This document shows, piece after piece, positions 18,926 to 30,113 of a DNA stretch of 64,000 bases. Under the pieces are notes generated by a model, which was not told the origin of the DNA, did no database searches, and saw only the letters and a program-made list of their open reading frames with translations. The stretch spans positions 463 through 64,462 of the forward strand of contig JBAXUB010000002.1 in NCBI GenBank assembly GCA_037129895.1, read 5' to 3'. This stretch comes from Candidatus Tayloriibacteriota bacterium. GTDB taxonomy: Bacteria; Patescibacteriota; Minisyncoccia; Phycocordibacterales; PALSA-1337. Positions within the stretch are counted from its first letter, which is position 1. Every line of letters starts with the position of its first letter. Made by a program: the position numbers and the translations under genes.

Positions 18926-21900
18926 CTATATACCTATGAAATTAAGTAGCGATGACCACACCCTCAAGAAGAATCCCTTCTTCTCTGCAGGCTTTACTGG
19001 CTTAACAACATCGATGGCTAGAGGAAATGCAGCGTTAGATGAAACAAGATAATATCTTCCCGGTTCACTAGGAGCAAGGATAGAAAGTGTAACCGCCAGC
19101 TTACCTTTTGTGCTGGTAAAATCGATAGGATTATTTTGATAATACGCTACAGTCTTTACATCCTTAAGCGGCACTAGGTTAATAGTCATCTTCTGACCTA
19201 CGTCGACTGTAATTCTCTGCACTAGAGTATCGACTGACTCATTAGCAATAGATACAGGAATCGTAGATGTACCGACGACTACCTGATATAGTCCCGGCAC
19301 TGTCGATGTGGCAGGGATCACTATCGGGACTGTACGTAATCTGACAACATCCCCAGCAGTTATGAGCCCTACACCAGCCATGAACTTCTTGAGTTCTGGA
19401 GATGAATTGAGTACCCTAGAAATATTTTCTGGTGCTGGATCGAATAGGAAAGCTCGTATCTCATTCTTGAATGAAAATGATCCATTACCTTCACCAAACT
19501 TCGGAAGACTTCCCAATGCCAATTTAGAAGGAATGATGAACGGCACAGACACCTTTCTCAGTAAGCCTGGTGCAAATAATCTGAGCAGGCTTTCCGAATC
19601 AAGAGTCGAGCCACCGGAATAGGGCCTATTCGGATTTGCAGGAACACTCGGCGCAACAGAATTCGATCTAATAACTGGCACATATCTACCCACAACAGCA
19701 ACACTACCACTTCTACCACTTGAATATACCGGTAACTCTGGACAACCCGTATTGTTACCAGTACCTGGATTGGCGATCGGTTCACTATATGAAGAATCAG
19801 TAAGAGAGATCGATCCAGCATCACCACCCTTTCCACAGGATGTAGAGTTACCACCATTAGATTGAACGATCGAACTTAGAGGACTACTGTATGAATTTAC
19901 TATCAGCAACGTACCTCCATTACCACCATTAGTTGAACCATCTGCACCATTTGATACGATCGCTGCAGTTGTTGATGTTGATATTGCGATATTACCTCCA
20001 TTACCACCGATAGAGCCACCAAGAGAAGCGCTAGCAGAAGATGTCCCTGTAATTACCAAATTTTCAAGTCCAAAGTTATATCCATTACTTCCTCCGTATG
20101 CACCATTTCCGGAGATTGATCCAGTCAAAGTATTATCTGTACCATCCACAATCACCCCATTCATTCCTATATACAGATCATTAGTTACACTCTCAGTAAG
20201 AGTCGTAGAGGCAAACAAAACTACTGCTTCATTGGCCGATGGTATCCTACCACTCGGTATATCTAAGCTAGTATCCGTAAACCAATTTTGCACATTGCTC
20301 CACAAACCATCTCCTGAAATATTACTAAAAGATATTGAATTCGGATATGAATAATATACGATCGAACCGAGGGTTGTACCACCTAGAGGTGCTGCAGATA
20401 GACCATATACATAAGAATTGCCGTTAACTGTACCTTGGTTTTTTGATGAATCATTGAAATAAGCATTAGCAGAAGTGACTCCAATATTTACCGAATGATC
20501 ATTGAATGACGTATCCCCTTTTATGTATCCAGTACTACTTGCAAAATCATTGAATACCCACCTTAGGATAGTACTACCTGAGTTATCTTTAGTCAGACCA
20601 GAAACATGGCCTGTTCCTCGGAATATTTCAGATCCAGAAAAACTTATTTCTCCAGATACAGCCACGAGATTATTATATGTAAGATCACCGTTTACTGTTC
20701 CTGAATTACTCGATAGATAATTTATGGAAACATTACCATTAACTGTTCCAGAATTTAGTGATTGATCATTCAATATCACAGTTCCATTCACGGTTCCAGA
20801 ATTTGTTGATGTTCCATTGAACGCTATATCTCCGACAATTATTCCGCTATTATCAATACGTCCGGCCACAGTTACTGGTGTTATTGAACTTGTTATAATG
20901 ATACCACCAGATTTGTTCGTAAGATTATTCGAAAATGTACCACCCGTTACCGTAGCGCCTGATTCTATGGTTGTACTACCAAGTGTAGTTTTTGTGTCGC
21001 TAGTTAGAGATCCGGTAACATGGATCGACCCACTCAATGTGGATGAACTAACTACAATATTATTCAAACTAGACACTAGACCAGTAGCTGTAACATTCTG
21101 TAATGAGAGGTTATTGGTACTACTACCTGTTATATTCCCACTAATTGAATAATAATGTCCTGCACCATCATCACCACGCAATGTAGTTGAAGTCGACACA
21201 GAACAATTACCAACTATATTCGCAGTTAGGTAATAATACGGCCTAGCAGCTTCATCTAGAGGTGTAGAGCAGTCTGTACTTATTGGCTGACTATTGTCAT
21301 ATGTAAACGAGACAGACTTTTCTGAAATATTATCTGTAGGATCAGAATGATTGCTTATACTCTTCAGGAATATCGTATGCGAACCGGCAACAGGCTTTGG
21401 TATATCACTGCCATTATTCGAACAGACTACCGCCTGATAATTGCCGCTATCCATCTTGTACTGACACGTATCATTCGTGCCCCATGAAATACTTGGAGAC
21501 CACCTCGTTATAGTTCCAGCCGCAGGAGAAGTGATCGATAGTACAGGTACGCCAGATCCACCACTGCCGATGATCGCATTCCACGCACTGAATATTCCAT
21601 TATTCAATGCTTGAAACGCATTCGTTGCTAGAGAATATGTAGCACCAGCCAAATTGACGATTGCCCCATTCACTGATTGGACGATCCAATGGACTCCATT
21701 ATGAGTAAAATCTGAAACAACTGTGAATACACCAGCCGTATATTGACGAGTAACATAACCTGTCACAGTACCATCATTCGTCGTGTCAGGACCAGAAAAC
21801 GTAGCATTACCGACGATCGTACCTAAACTAGAGTTCGTAGAAGAAGCACTAAATAATGCTGCTCCTGTCGATGTGCTGGTCACAGTCAAATATATCGAAT

Positions 21901-24900
21901 TTGAAGACGTAGCTAAGAATGTAGCTGAATCTACTACAGCTGAACTCGTAGTCGTAGAAATATTTCCACTCGTAATAGTTACACTATCTCCACCAGATGG
22001 AACGAACGTAGAATGAACTGTTGCCAATGAATCTGTCCACCAATTATTGACATCATTCCATTTACCAGTAACTCCATGTCCCGGAGCACTATCATTGAAG
22101 TACAGTCCAGTATAGTTATGATACGTAATCTGACCACTAACTACGCCACCGATTGGCCTAGCAACTGGTGAATATACATCTGCATCCCCTGTAATCGTGC
22201 CTAGATTTCTAGAATAATTATTGAGTATAACGTTACCGACTATAGTCGCACCGACATTGTTCGTACTAGAAGCATTGAATACAGCATCACCTTTGGTACT
22301 TCCAGAATTGGTACTTGATGCATTGAAAACCCAGTTGGTAATTTGGGAATTATTCGAATCATAAATATTTCCAGTAACAAAGCCCGTGCCTAGGAAACTG
22401 TCAGTTCCAGCAAATGATACTATACCAGCAGATCCAGTTAACATATTGAACTGTGCAGTACCAGTAACTGTACCCGAGTTTGTAGAAAAAGCGTTGAATA
22501 TCGCATTACCATTGACTGTACCGGTATTCGAGGATGTCGCATTAAAGGTAAATGTGCCGCCAGCAGTATTTATAATAGAATTATTGATCATACTCCCCAT
22601 TGCTGGATTATTGGCATTGATCGTACCATTATTCAAAACCTTTCCAGTCAAAGTCACAGATCCTGCAGAAATACTGCCGCCAGCATTGATCGTTGTACTT
22701 GCAAGTGAACCTGTACCATCTCCACTTATTACTCCTGTGACACTAACTGAACCAGTGACACTCGTCGAACTACTGATGATGAGGGCGCCTGGACCAGCTC
22801 CTGTCGTAGAAACCGCTCCTGTCACGATTATATTTGAAAGTGTTACACCATTATTATTGGAAGTAATATTTCCAGTGAGAGTATTTCCATTACCAGATAA
22901 TATAACGCCAGCGATAACAACATTGCAATTTCCAGAAATACTTGATCCTAACGCGTAGTTTCCTGCAAAAGCAAGAGACCCGCAAGAACTGATGGTCCCT
23001 GGTATTAGAGGAAATGCACCACCCACAAAGGAACCGAGATCAGTTCCGTTTGTAATAAAGTGTGCTAGTGCAGATAATGTGGTATTTGTCGTAGTTAGAC
23101 TGCCGGAATATGCTAGCCCGAGCGTAGACGTCGCGGAATATATATTGTTAGTCAAATTCAAATTTGTACCTAACATGTTTATGGTACCTCCTGTACCTGC
23201 ACTCGTCACATTGACTGTCGTCGATGTAGAAATCGTAATTATTCCACCACTACCAACTGATCCACTTGAGGCTCCAGCGGATCCAACGCCAGCACTTCCA
23301 GGTATGAGAGCCAGAAGACCCGTCGATGTTGCATTCGTAATAGAGATCGAACCAGTATCTCCACCATTACCAGCTGTACCAGATCCAGATTTGTTTCCAC
23401 CGGATCCTCCTTGCGAGGTTGTTGATCCTACAGTTGAACTCGCAGTTATCATAATATACCCTCCTCTACCTCCAGTGAAAGCTGTATCACCGTTACCACC
23501 ACTTGATAGTATCGACTGAATACTCGAACTAGAAATAACCAAATTACCTCCGTTTCCACCCACACTGCCAGAACCAACTGATCCATTGGCACTTACGCCA
23601 TTTGCAAAATTCGCGATAGTAATATTCCGGATAGTTGTCGTGCCATAGGCTGAAGCTCCAGCTGTAGTACTAGCAGCTGTAACAGCATAATTACTATTAC
23701 TTGAAGTTGCAGAAATAGTGTAATGGTTGTTACTTCCATCTATAGTTACGTTGTTCGCTTGAACATTGAAACATGTACCCGATATACCAGAAATGCTGGC
23801 TGACAAAGTATATACACCAACAAATGGCATTTTTCCACAACTAGAAATTGATCCAGGTATCAACGGAAACGCTCCGCCAGAATATGCGCCATAATTTGTA
23901 CCATTGGCAACTAGTGAAGCGAGAACTGACGTTGTTGCATTCGATACACCGAGAGAACCTGTATATGAAAGTATGAGAGATGAACTCGCTGTATATGTGC
24001 TATTGGAAAGATTCAAATTAATCCCGGAAATATTGATAGTACCACCAGCACCTATAGCAGAAATGCTCGCTGTTGTAGATGTAGCAACCGTAACTACTCC
24101 ACCAGCACCCAGTGAAGTACCAGTACCACCAGATGCAGAAATACTGAGCGGATCACTCGAGATACTAGTATATGATATTACTATTATACCATTAGCACCA
24201 TTACCTGTAATGATACTATTACTACTCAAACTTCCACCACCACCAGCACCATAAAGTCCGCCATTTGCACCCCATCCTCCAGTATTTCCGCAAGCATTAC
24301 CCCCACCTCCTCCTCCGCCACCAGAACCATGTGTCGAATCCCATTCAATTCCAGTACTTCCTATACCAGGCATGTACGGTGTCATACCATTACAAGCACC
24401 ATAACTCCCACCACCACCACCACCATTCGTTCCAGCACCACCTGTATATGGGCTTGAGCTTACACCCGCGGTACCACCACCAGCACCAAGATAGTTATCT
24501 CCACCAGATGTTCCGTTTGAATTACTAACACTTGCAGCATTGGCGCCTCCGCCATTACCCCCACCTCCTCCACCACCACGATTGCCAAACGTCGAACTAC
24601 CTCCATTACCTCCTTTTCCACGTGGTCCAGCCGCACCACCTCCACCACCAGCTGCCCATGACCCAGGTGTACCACCTCCATTACCACCAGAATATTTGAC
24701 TGTTCCTACACCAGCACTTGATTGACCACCCAAACTACCAGTTGAAATACCACCGCTTCCACCTTTTGCACCCACCCTTACTGCGGATCCTGAAATCGAT
24801 GCACAATTACTTGATGAATTACAGAAATACGAATCGGTTCCTGCGGCAGGAACAACATCTCCATTAAGACTTCCAAGACTGCCTTGTCCAACTCTATAGC

Positions 24901-27136
24901 TAACCGATGAACCAGCAGTTAAAACTAAATTTGATACTTTTGAATATCCACCACCTCCACCACCTCCAGCATTAGACGCGACCCCATACGTACCTCCACC
25001 ACCTCCGCCGATAACCTCGACAGTATTAGACGCACTATTCCAATCTGTTGGTACACTCCAAGAAGCTCCAGAGGTCAAATATATTCTCTTTGCAGTACTG
25101 ACAGAAGCAGAACCTCCTATAATCGTTGAGCTACCTACAATAATTACATTTCCAGCAGCCCCACCGACGCCTCCGTCACTATTACCACCATTTGCTGATA
25201 CCATAGCGATCGTGGTCGAAGAAACTATAACTGTACCACCAGCACCTCCTGCACCAGAGGACCCGGCTGAACCGTTCGCATTCACACCATTTGTAAAATT
25301 GGTAAACGTGAGATTCTGTATAGTTGTCGTACCATAAGCTGGAGCTCCAACTGTAGTACTTGCAGCAATCACGGCATAATTTGTATTACCGACGTTCGCA
25401 TTAACCGAATAATGATTCACACTCCCATCTATGGTGACATTATTGGCCTGAACATTGAAACAATTTCCATCAATATTTGAAATACTCTGAGTCAAAGTAT
25501 ATGTCCCCGCATACGAGATCGTACCACAAACATTTATAAGTCCTGGAAACAGTGGAAGTGTACCCCCAGAAAATGCACCATAATTTGTACCATTCACTAC
25601 GAGTGATGATAAGACTGATGTTGTAGCATTGGTCGTGGTTAATAGACCCGTATATGAGAGACTGAGTGTTGAACTCGCCGTGAATGATTTACCAGTAAAG
25701 TCAAGACTCGCTCCAGCAATATTGATAGTGCCACCTGTTCCAATAGCGGAGATACTGTCAGTGGTCGATGTTGCAACTGTTACTGTACCTCCAGACCCCA
25801 TCGATGTGCCAGTACCACCATTCGTAGTTATGCTACCTACTACAGAATTACCAGTGATTGAGATCGTCCCTGCGGCTGAACCGGACCCTGATACTGTACC
25901 CGTATATTGTGTATTGTAAATATTCAATACTTCAGCCGCAGAAAGAGGTCTAGACCAGATAGCAACTTCATCTAATGACCCATTGAAATATTCATAACCA
26001 CCTTTTCTACCTATCCATCCCATAGATGCCCCTCCATAATCTATTCCGGAATTACCACAGCCAGACGTACCAGCATTTACACCATCTATGTATATATTTA
26101 TGAGTGAGCCACTATAGACTCCAACAAGATTATGCCAGTTTCCATCAAGTATATTTATACTTCCATTTAACAAATAACATGATCCCCAACCACCATCATT
26201 AACTATGAACGCGGGACGCGTTCCTGAGAAAAATAGATTATAACCATCAGTACTATTGCTGTATGACACCATTTGCGGGTAACTAGAATTCTGTGAACCA
26301 CCTTTAACCCACACAGAAATACTAAGTGCTGAACTCGGTTTCAGTGCTGAAGCATTGGCGCCATAGGAAACACCCGAGCTATTCACAGAGATCGCCTTAT
26401 CTAATGCACCAGCCACCCCATAAGTAACAACCCCCTCTGATGTACCTGTAAATCCTTGACCCGAGCTATCGGTGAATGTTCCCGAGCTTTCATTCAAGTG
26501 ATACAGAAGGACATTACCAGTCATATCTATCCATCCATTAGAAACAGCACTATTTGGAAATGGTGACTTTACAGAGAGAGGCGATCCCCCATCTGACTTT
26601 ATACTACCACTTATGGTACTCGCATTTATTGAAATTATTCCACCAACTCCACCACTTGAACCCGAACCACCATTGGATATCACGTTGCCCGACATCGTTG
26701 ATGTTGATATCGTTATACTGCCCCCAGACCCACCTGATATACTCGAACTGTTATTGCCACTTGCATTCACTCCGTTGCTGAAATTCACAAATGAAATATT
26801 CAATATAGTCGTCGTTCCATACGCATTACCACCATCAGCACTATTCGTAGCGATGACTGCATATCCAGTATTACCTGATGTCGTCGTAGCTGAAAATCCT
26901 GCACCATTTATAGTCACACCGTTGGATGTAACTATAAAGCACGGTCCTGTAGTAGTAGCTATGCCAATATTCTGCGTTAGTGTATACGTTCCAGCCGAGG
27001 CCAATGTTCCACACGTAGTAATGTTACCCGGAGAAAGTGTGGCAGCATGAACACTCTGAGTCGACATAAAAACAAAAAAGAATGCAGAGGCCGCAATCGT
27101 GAAAATTCGTAGATATTTCGTGGTATTTCTTTGCAT
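18926..27136 (-). CDS. Giant secreted surface protein (2736 aa). Contains a signal peptide, at least four parallel beta-helix-type repeat modules (G(T/V)YTL(T/S)...CF(I/N)V(T/Q)(S/A)N(G/N)VTI(N/D)G), two SxN(S/T)GTVxG repeat blocks, a LamG/ConA-like domain and a roughly 150-aa poly-Gly tract.
   Basis: Single 8.2-kb ORF. N-terminal ...FVFMSTQSVHA|ATL. LamG-like stretch WHNLVGVYSGSLINIYIDGVNAG...GSLDEVAIWSRPLSAAEV. The internal DNA repeats are diverged, about 70% identical by eye. Confidence 0.85.
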   Translation of the reverse strand: MQRNTTKYLRIFTIAASAFFFVFMSTQSVHAATLSPGNITTCGTLASAGTYTLTQNIGIATTTGPCFIVTSNGVTINGAGFSATTTSGNTGYAVIATNSADGGNAYGTTTILNISFVNFSNGVNASGNNSSSISGGSGGSITISTSTMSGNVISNGGSGSSGGVGGIISINASTISGSIKSDGGSPLSVKSPFPNSAVSNGWIDMTGNVLLYHLNESSGTFTDSSGQGFTGTSEGVVTYGVAGALDKAISVNSSGVSYGANASALKPSSALSISVWVKGGSQNSSYPQMVSYSNSTDGYNLFFSGTRPAFIVNDGGWGSCYLLNGSINILDGNWHNLVGVYSGSLINIYIDGVNAGTSGCGNSGIDYGGASMGWIGRKGGYEYFNGSLDEVAIWSRPLSAAEVLNIYNTQYTGTVSGSGSAAGTISITGNSVVGSITTNGGTGTSMGSGGTVTVATSTTDSISAIGTGGTINIAGASLDFTGKSFTASSTLSLSYTGLLTTTNATTSVLSSLVVNGTNYGAFSGGTLPLFPGLINVCGTISYAGTYTLTQSISNIDGNCFNVQANNVTIDGSVNHYSVNANVGNTNYAVIAASTTVGAPAYGTTTIQNLTFTNFTNGVNANGSAGSSGAGGAGGTVIVSSTTIAMVSANGGNSDGGVGGAAGNVIIVGSSTIIGGSASVSTAKRIYLTSGASWSVPTDWNSASNTVEVIGGGGGGTYGVASNAGGGGGGGYSKVSNLVLTAGSSVSYRVGQGSLGSLNGDVVPAAGTDSYFCNSSSNCASISGSAVRVGAKGGSGGISTGSLGGQSSAGVGTVKYSGGNGGGTPGSWAAGGGGGAAGPRGKGGNGGSSTFGNRGGGGGGGNGGGANAASVSNSNGTSGGDNYLGAGGGTAGVSSSPYTGGAGTNGGGGGGSYGACNGMTPYMPGIGSTGIEWDSTHGSGGGGGGGGNACGNTGGWGANGGLYGAGGGGSLSSNSIITGNGANGIIVISYTSISSDPLSISASGGTGTSLGAGGVVTVATSTTASISAIGAGGTINISGINLNLSNSTYTASSSLILSYTGSLGVSNATTSVLASLVANGTNYGAYSGGAFPLIPGSISSCGKMPFVGVYTLSASISGISGTCFNVQANNVTIDGSNNHYTISATSSNSNYAVTAASTTAGASAYGTTTIRNITIANFANGVSANGSVGSGSVGGNGGNLVISSSSIQSILSSGGNGDTAFTGGRGGYIMITASSTVGSTTSQGGSGGNKSGSGTAGNGGDTGSISITNATSTGLLALIPGSAGVGSAGASSGSVGSGGIITISTSTTVNVTSAGTGGTINMLGTNLNLTNNIYSATSTLGLAYSGSLTTTNTTLSALAHFITNGTDLGSFVGGAFPLIPGTISSCGSLAFAGNYALGSSISGNCNVVIAGVILSGNGNTLTGNITSNNNGVTLSNIIVTGAVSTTGAGPGALIISSSTSVTGSVSVTGVISGDGTGSLASTTINAGGSISAGSVTLTGKVLNNGTINANNPAMGSMINNSIINTAGGTFTFNATSSNTGTVNGNAIFNAFSTNSGTVTGTAQFNMLTGSAGIVSFAGTDSFLGTGFVTGNIYDSNNSQITNWVFNASSTNSGSTKGDAVFNASSTNNVGATIVGNVILNNYSRNLGTITGDADVYSPVARPIGGVVSGQITYHNYTGLYFNDSAPGHGVTGKWNDVNNWWTDSLATVHSTFVPSGGDSVTITSGNISTTTSSAVVDSATFLATSSNSIYLTVTSTSTGAALFSASSTNSSLGTIVGNATFSGPDTTNDGTVTGYVTRQYTAGVFTVVSDFTHNGVHWIVQSVNGAIVNLAGATYSLATNAFQALNNGIFSAWNAIIGSGGSGVPVLSITSPAAGTITRWSPSISWGTNDTCQYKMDSGNYQAVVCSNNGSDIPKPVAGSHTIFLKSISNHSDPTDNISEKSVSFTYDNSQPISTDCSTPLDEAARPYYYLTANIVGNCSVSTSTTLRGDDGAGHYYSISGNITGSSTNNLSLQNVTATGLVSSLNNIVVSSSTLSGSIHVTGSLTSDTKTTLGSTTIESGATVTGGTFSNNLTNKSGGIIITSSITPVTVAGRIDNSGIIVGDIAFNGTSTNSGTVNGTVILNDQSLNSGTVNGNVSINYLSSNSGTVNGDLTYNNLVAVSGEISFSGSEIFRGTGHVSGLTKDNSGSTILRWVFNDFASSTGYIKGDTSFNDHSVNIGVTSANAYFNDSSKNQGTVNGNSYVYGLSAAPLGGTTLGSIVYYSYPNSISFSNISGDGLWSNVQNWFTDTSLDIPSGRIPSANEAVVLFASTTLTESVTNDLYIGMNGVIVDGTDNTLTGSISGNGAYGGSNGYNFGLENLVITGTSSASASLGGSIGGNGGNIAISTSTTAAIVSNGADGSTNGGNGGTLLIVNSYSSPLSSIVQSNGGNSTSCGKGGDAGSISLTDSSYSEPIANPGTGNNTGCPELPVYSSGRSGSVAVVGRYVPVIRSNSVAPSVPANPNRPYSGGSTLDSESLLRLFAPGLLRKVSVPFIIPSKLALGSLPKFGEGNGSFSFKNEIRAFLFDPAPENISRVLNSSPELKKFMAGVGLITAGDVVRLRTVPIVIPATSTVPGLYQVVVGTSTIPVSIANESVDTLVQRITVDVGQKMTINLVPLKDVKTVAYYQNNPIDFTSTKGKLAVTLSILAPSEPGRYYLVSSNAAFPLAIDVVKPVKPAEKKGFFLRVWSSLLNFIGI

Positions 27137-27144
27137 AATGATTA

Positions 27145-27783
27145 CTAATTTGGCGGCTTTATGTCAGTCTCCATCGATTCAGTAGGATCAGGCTCTACAG
27201 ACTCTGCGGCTTTGGTATTGGAATCAGTCTCAATTAAGGCTGGATCAGTCGAAGTTGATATGTACTCAGGAATTGAAACTGGATCAGTTGAGGTCGAATC
27301 CGTCGTCGTGGAGATTTCATCAGTAGTCGTACTAGAAGTCGGTATAGAAATCTCATTTGCCGAAGCGGTAGTTGTTGCTGTAGTTGTAGCCGGTGAACTA
27401 GCCACTTCTATTTCAGCGGTTTTTATATACGAAAATGAAATAACGTTGTATGCAGCAAGCCTATTACCGTTTATGATCCCCCGAGCAATTATTTTGTCCC
27501 CTACTTTTATATCAGTAATGGATATGGACACGGGGCTATCATCATTCGTCTCAACCTTCTCAATCTTACTTGTATCAACCTGGAACACATCAACGCCCTC
27601 GTATTTCGATCCATCAGTATTATCTAGACTGAACCAATCATCTCCCATCGAAACTACCGTGCCATAGATACCAGTAAAACTCTGAGCAGGATCTAGATCA
27701 ATGTTCGGAGTCGATATCTGCGCACGGGAAATTCCATAAGCTACAGATATTGTAACGACGATGATCATAACTACCCTGAACAT
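27145..27783 (-). CDS. Secreted or anchored small protein with an OB-fold-like (DUF5666-like) domain and a Thr/Ser-rich C-terminal tail. Lies 8 nt upstream of the giant gene.
   Basis: Start chosen at the internal Met MFRVVMIIVVTISVAYG (signal-like). The track ORF extends to 27933. Confidence 0.45.
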   Translation of the reverse strand: MFRVVMIIVVTISVAYGISRAQISTPNIDLDPAQSFTGIYGTVVSMGDDWFSLDNTDGSKYEGVDVFQVDTSKIEKVETNDDSPVSISITDIKVGDKIIARGIINGNRLAAYNVISFSYIKTAEIEVASSPATTTATTTASANEISIPTSSTTTDEISTTTDSTSTDPVSIPEYISTSTDPALIETDSNTKAAESVEPDPTESMETDIKPPN

Positions 27784-28082
27784 CTTGGAAGACAAAAAAT
27801 GACCATCTTGTAAGATTTCGTCGGACTTTTCATTAACAATTTTGAATCTATTTCTCAAATTATTAAGTTGCACCATTTCAATATGAATACACTGAGCCCA
27901 CTTCTTCAAAAAACTTCCGAATTGCGGCTTCATTACTGGCTAATTGTAACACAAAATTATACAAATATTGCTCATATACTGTGGATAAACACAGTTTTTC
28001 TGACAATATTCATTAACTATACTCTGTCACGCCATATAGATCACCGACGGTAAAATAATGGAGGTATGAGTTCAGTAAAAAC

Positions 28083-30008
28083 CTACTTCCTACCAGCCCT
28101 AAAAGCGTTCAAAATCGGGAAAAAGTCAGTCAAGAAATTATATGTAGCAGCACCAGCTGGACCCAGGTGACCGAACCCTGGAATACCGATGACGACTAGT
28201 AGTAAGCCAACTGAATTTGTCACTGCCCAGATCCAGAAATTCCCCCTCATCACACTTCGCACCTTTCTAGAGATCCGGATGATCTCTGGCACGCGGTTCA
28301 AGTTATCTTTCATTATTGTAATATCAGCCGCCTCGATAGCAGCATCAGACCCGATACCGCCCATCGCTATAGAAACATCGGCCAAGGCTAGTGGTGCTGC
28401 ATCATTAACACCATCGCCAATGTACCCTACGACGCCCTTCTGCTTAGTAGCTTTCGGACCATGCTCCTTTTCAAAATTTCTTATAAATTCGACTTTACTC
28501 TCTGGTGTCATATTGGCATGGAAATGACGAATATTCAGGCTATGTGCTATGGCCGATGCGGCACGTTCATTGTCGCCAGTTAGCATATGCCACTCATTGA
28601 TTCCCAATTGCCTAGTTTCTCTGATTATTTCTGATATATTCGGACGCAATTCATCAATATATGACAATAAACCGACAACTTCCTCGTTTACACTGAGTAA
28701 TACTATTCCGCGGCCAACATTCTTTTCCGCTTCGATATCATTTTTCAAATCAACATTGATCTGATGACTCTGTCTCTCAGTGTATGAGACACGACCCATG
28801 AACATCATTTCTCCATTATGGACGAATGTAACTCCCTCACCAGGAATCTCCCCGAATTCATCAGGCACATGAGGCTTGATATTGTGCTCCTTTGCATACG
28901 CAATGATAGCCTTCGACACAGCATGTTTGGACTCAGAAGCACCAGAAGCAAAACGCTTGCATACGTCGTCGAATGACAATTTTCCATAATTCTTTATAGT
29001 AGCGACTTTCGGTCTACCTTTGGTCAATGTTCCAGTCTTGTCAGTCAAGATGTAATTCATTCTAGATAATTGTTCGAGTGCTCCAGAACCCTTGATGAGA
29101 ACTCCCCTACGTGCAGCATAGGCAATAGCAGCCGTGTATGTAAGTGGCACAGCGACTGCGATATCATCTGCACAAACCACCAACAATAGGGCCAATATGA
29201 TCTTTGGATCAATACCGAACCAATATAGTGCAACAGACGAGACAAATACTACTAATATATACCTCTCAGAAAATCGATCTGCGGCCATTTCTGCCTCATT
29301 CTTCTCACGACTCGACTCCTCGACCAATTTGATAATTTTCGCCAATGTTGTATCAGCACCGATCTTTTCCGTTTTTACTATGATAGACCCAGACTCATTG
29401 ATAGTAGATGTGAATACCTTGTCACCTTCCCTTTTTGGCACCAATTCACTCTCACCGGTCAATGACGATTCGTTAATATCCGCCTGGCCCGAAATGATAA
29501 CGCCGTCAACTGGTACATTTTCGCCAGATTCAACGATGACGATATCTCCGCTTCTTATCTCACTTATGTGAACATCCTTGATATTATCACCAACCTTCGT
29601 CCTCACCCATTCAACGTGATATTTCATCAAACCTTTGATCGTACGTTCCATTCGCGCATCTGTGATATGTTCGAATACCCGGGCGAATGTGAGCATAAGT
29701 GTGATGAACGCTGCCGATGTCCATTCATGCAATACGAGTGAAAATACGAGAGCAATAGTAGCGAGTAAGTCGATCGTGATATGTCTCTTCACAATAGCCC
29801 TGACTGCACTGATCCCAACCGGGATGAGGCCTACCATCGTTAATCCCGCCAGAATAATCCCGACTACGTATATGAGGTGCGAAGATGTAAATATATATTT
29901 CAGAGCAAATTCGGAAATGAGGAAGAACACGATACTAGCTATGAGTATTAGGTCGAATATGAGCAAGAAGCTCTTCTTTGAATCAGGGAGAAACACTGGC
30001 AATTTCAT
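28083..30008 (-). CDS. Cation-transporting P-type ATPase (P1B-like core, no N-terminal metal-binding domain, atypical CADD TM motif).
   Basis: DKTGTLT, TGDN and GDGVNDAPALA motifs. Confidence 0.8.
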   Translation of the reverse strand: MKLPVFLPDSKKSFLLIFDLILIASIVFFLISEFALKYIFTSSHLIYVVGIILAGLTMVGLIPVGISAVRAIVKRHITIDLLATIALVFSLVLHEWTSAAFITLMLTFARVFEHITDARMERTIKGLMKYHVEWVRTKVGDNIKDVHISEIRSGDIVIVESGENVPVDGVIISGQADINESSLTGESELVPKREGDKVFTSTINESGSIIVKTEKIGADTTLAKIIKLVEESSREKNEAEMAADRFSERYILVVFVSSVALYWFGIDPKIILALLLVVCADDIAVAVPLTYTAAIAYAARRGVLIKGSGALEQLSRMNYILTDKTGTLTKGRPKVATIKNYGKLSFDDVCKRFASGASESKHAVSKAIIAYAKEHNIKPHVPDEFGEIPGEGVTFVHNGEMMFMGRVSYTERQSHQINVDLKNDIEAEKNVGRGIVLLSVNEEVVGLLSYIDELRPNISEIIRETRQLGINEWHMLTGDNERAASAIAHSLNIRHFHANMTPESKVEFIRNFEKEHGPKATKQKGVVGYIGDGVNDAAPLALADVSIAMGGIGSDAAIEAADITIMKDNLNRVPEIIRISRKVRSVMRGNFWIWAVTNSVGLLLVVIGIPGFGHLGPAGAATYNFLTDFFPILNAFRAGRK

Positions 30009-30096
30009 GAAGTAATCATAACAGATATACGGATTATTGCATTCATCATCTACATGAGGATCTATCCATATCAGCGTTAAGATTTTGATTGATTTG

Positions 30097-30107
30097 TTTG
30101 CTATAAT
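30097..30107 (+). promoter_or_regulatory. Extended -10 promoter TGcTATAAT ending 6 nt before the ATG at 30114, implying a near-leaderless mRNA.
   Basis: Seen directly in sequence. Confidence 0.4.
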
Positions 30108-30113
30108 TATTAC

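Noticed and set aside
19308-27050. Many plus-strand ORFs (about 60-190 aa, Pro/Val/Leu-rich) listed inside the giant-gene interval.
   Set aside because: They are antisense to the 8.2-kb minus-strand ORF and simply mirror its Gly/Thr/Ser-rich codons. They are frame artefacts, not genes.
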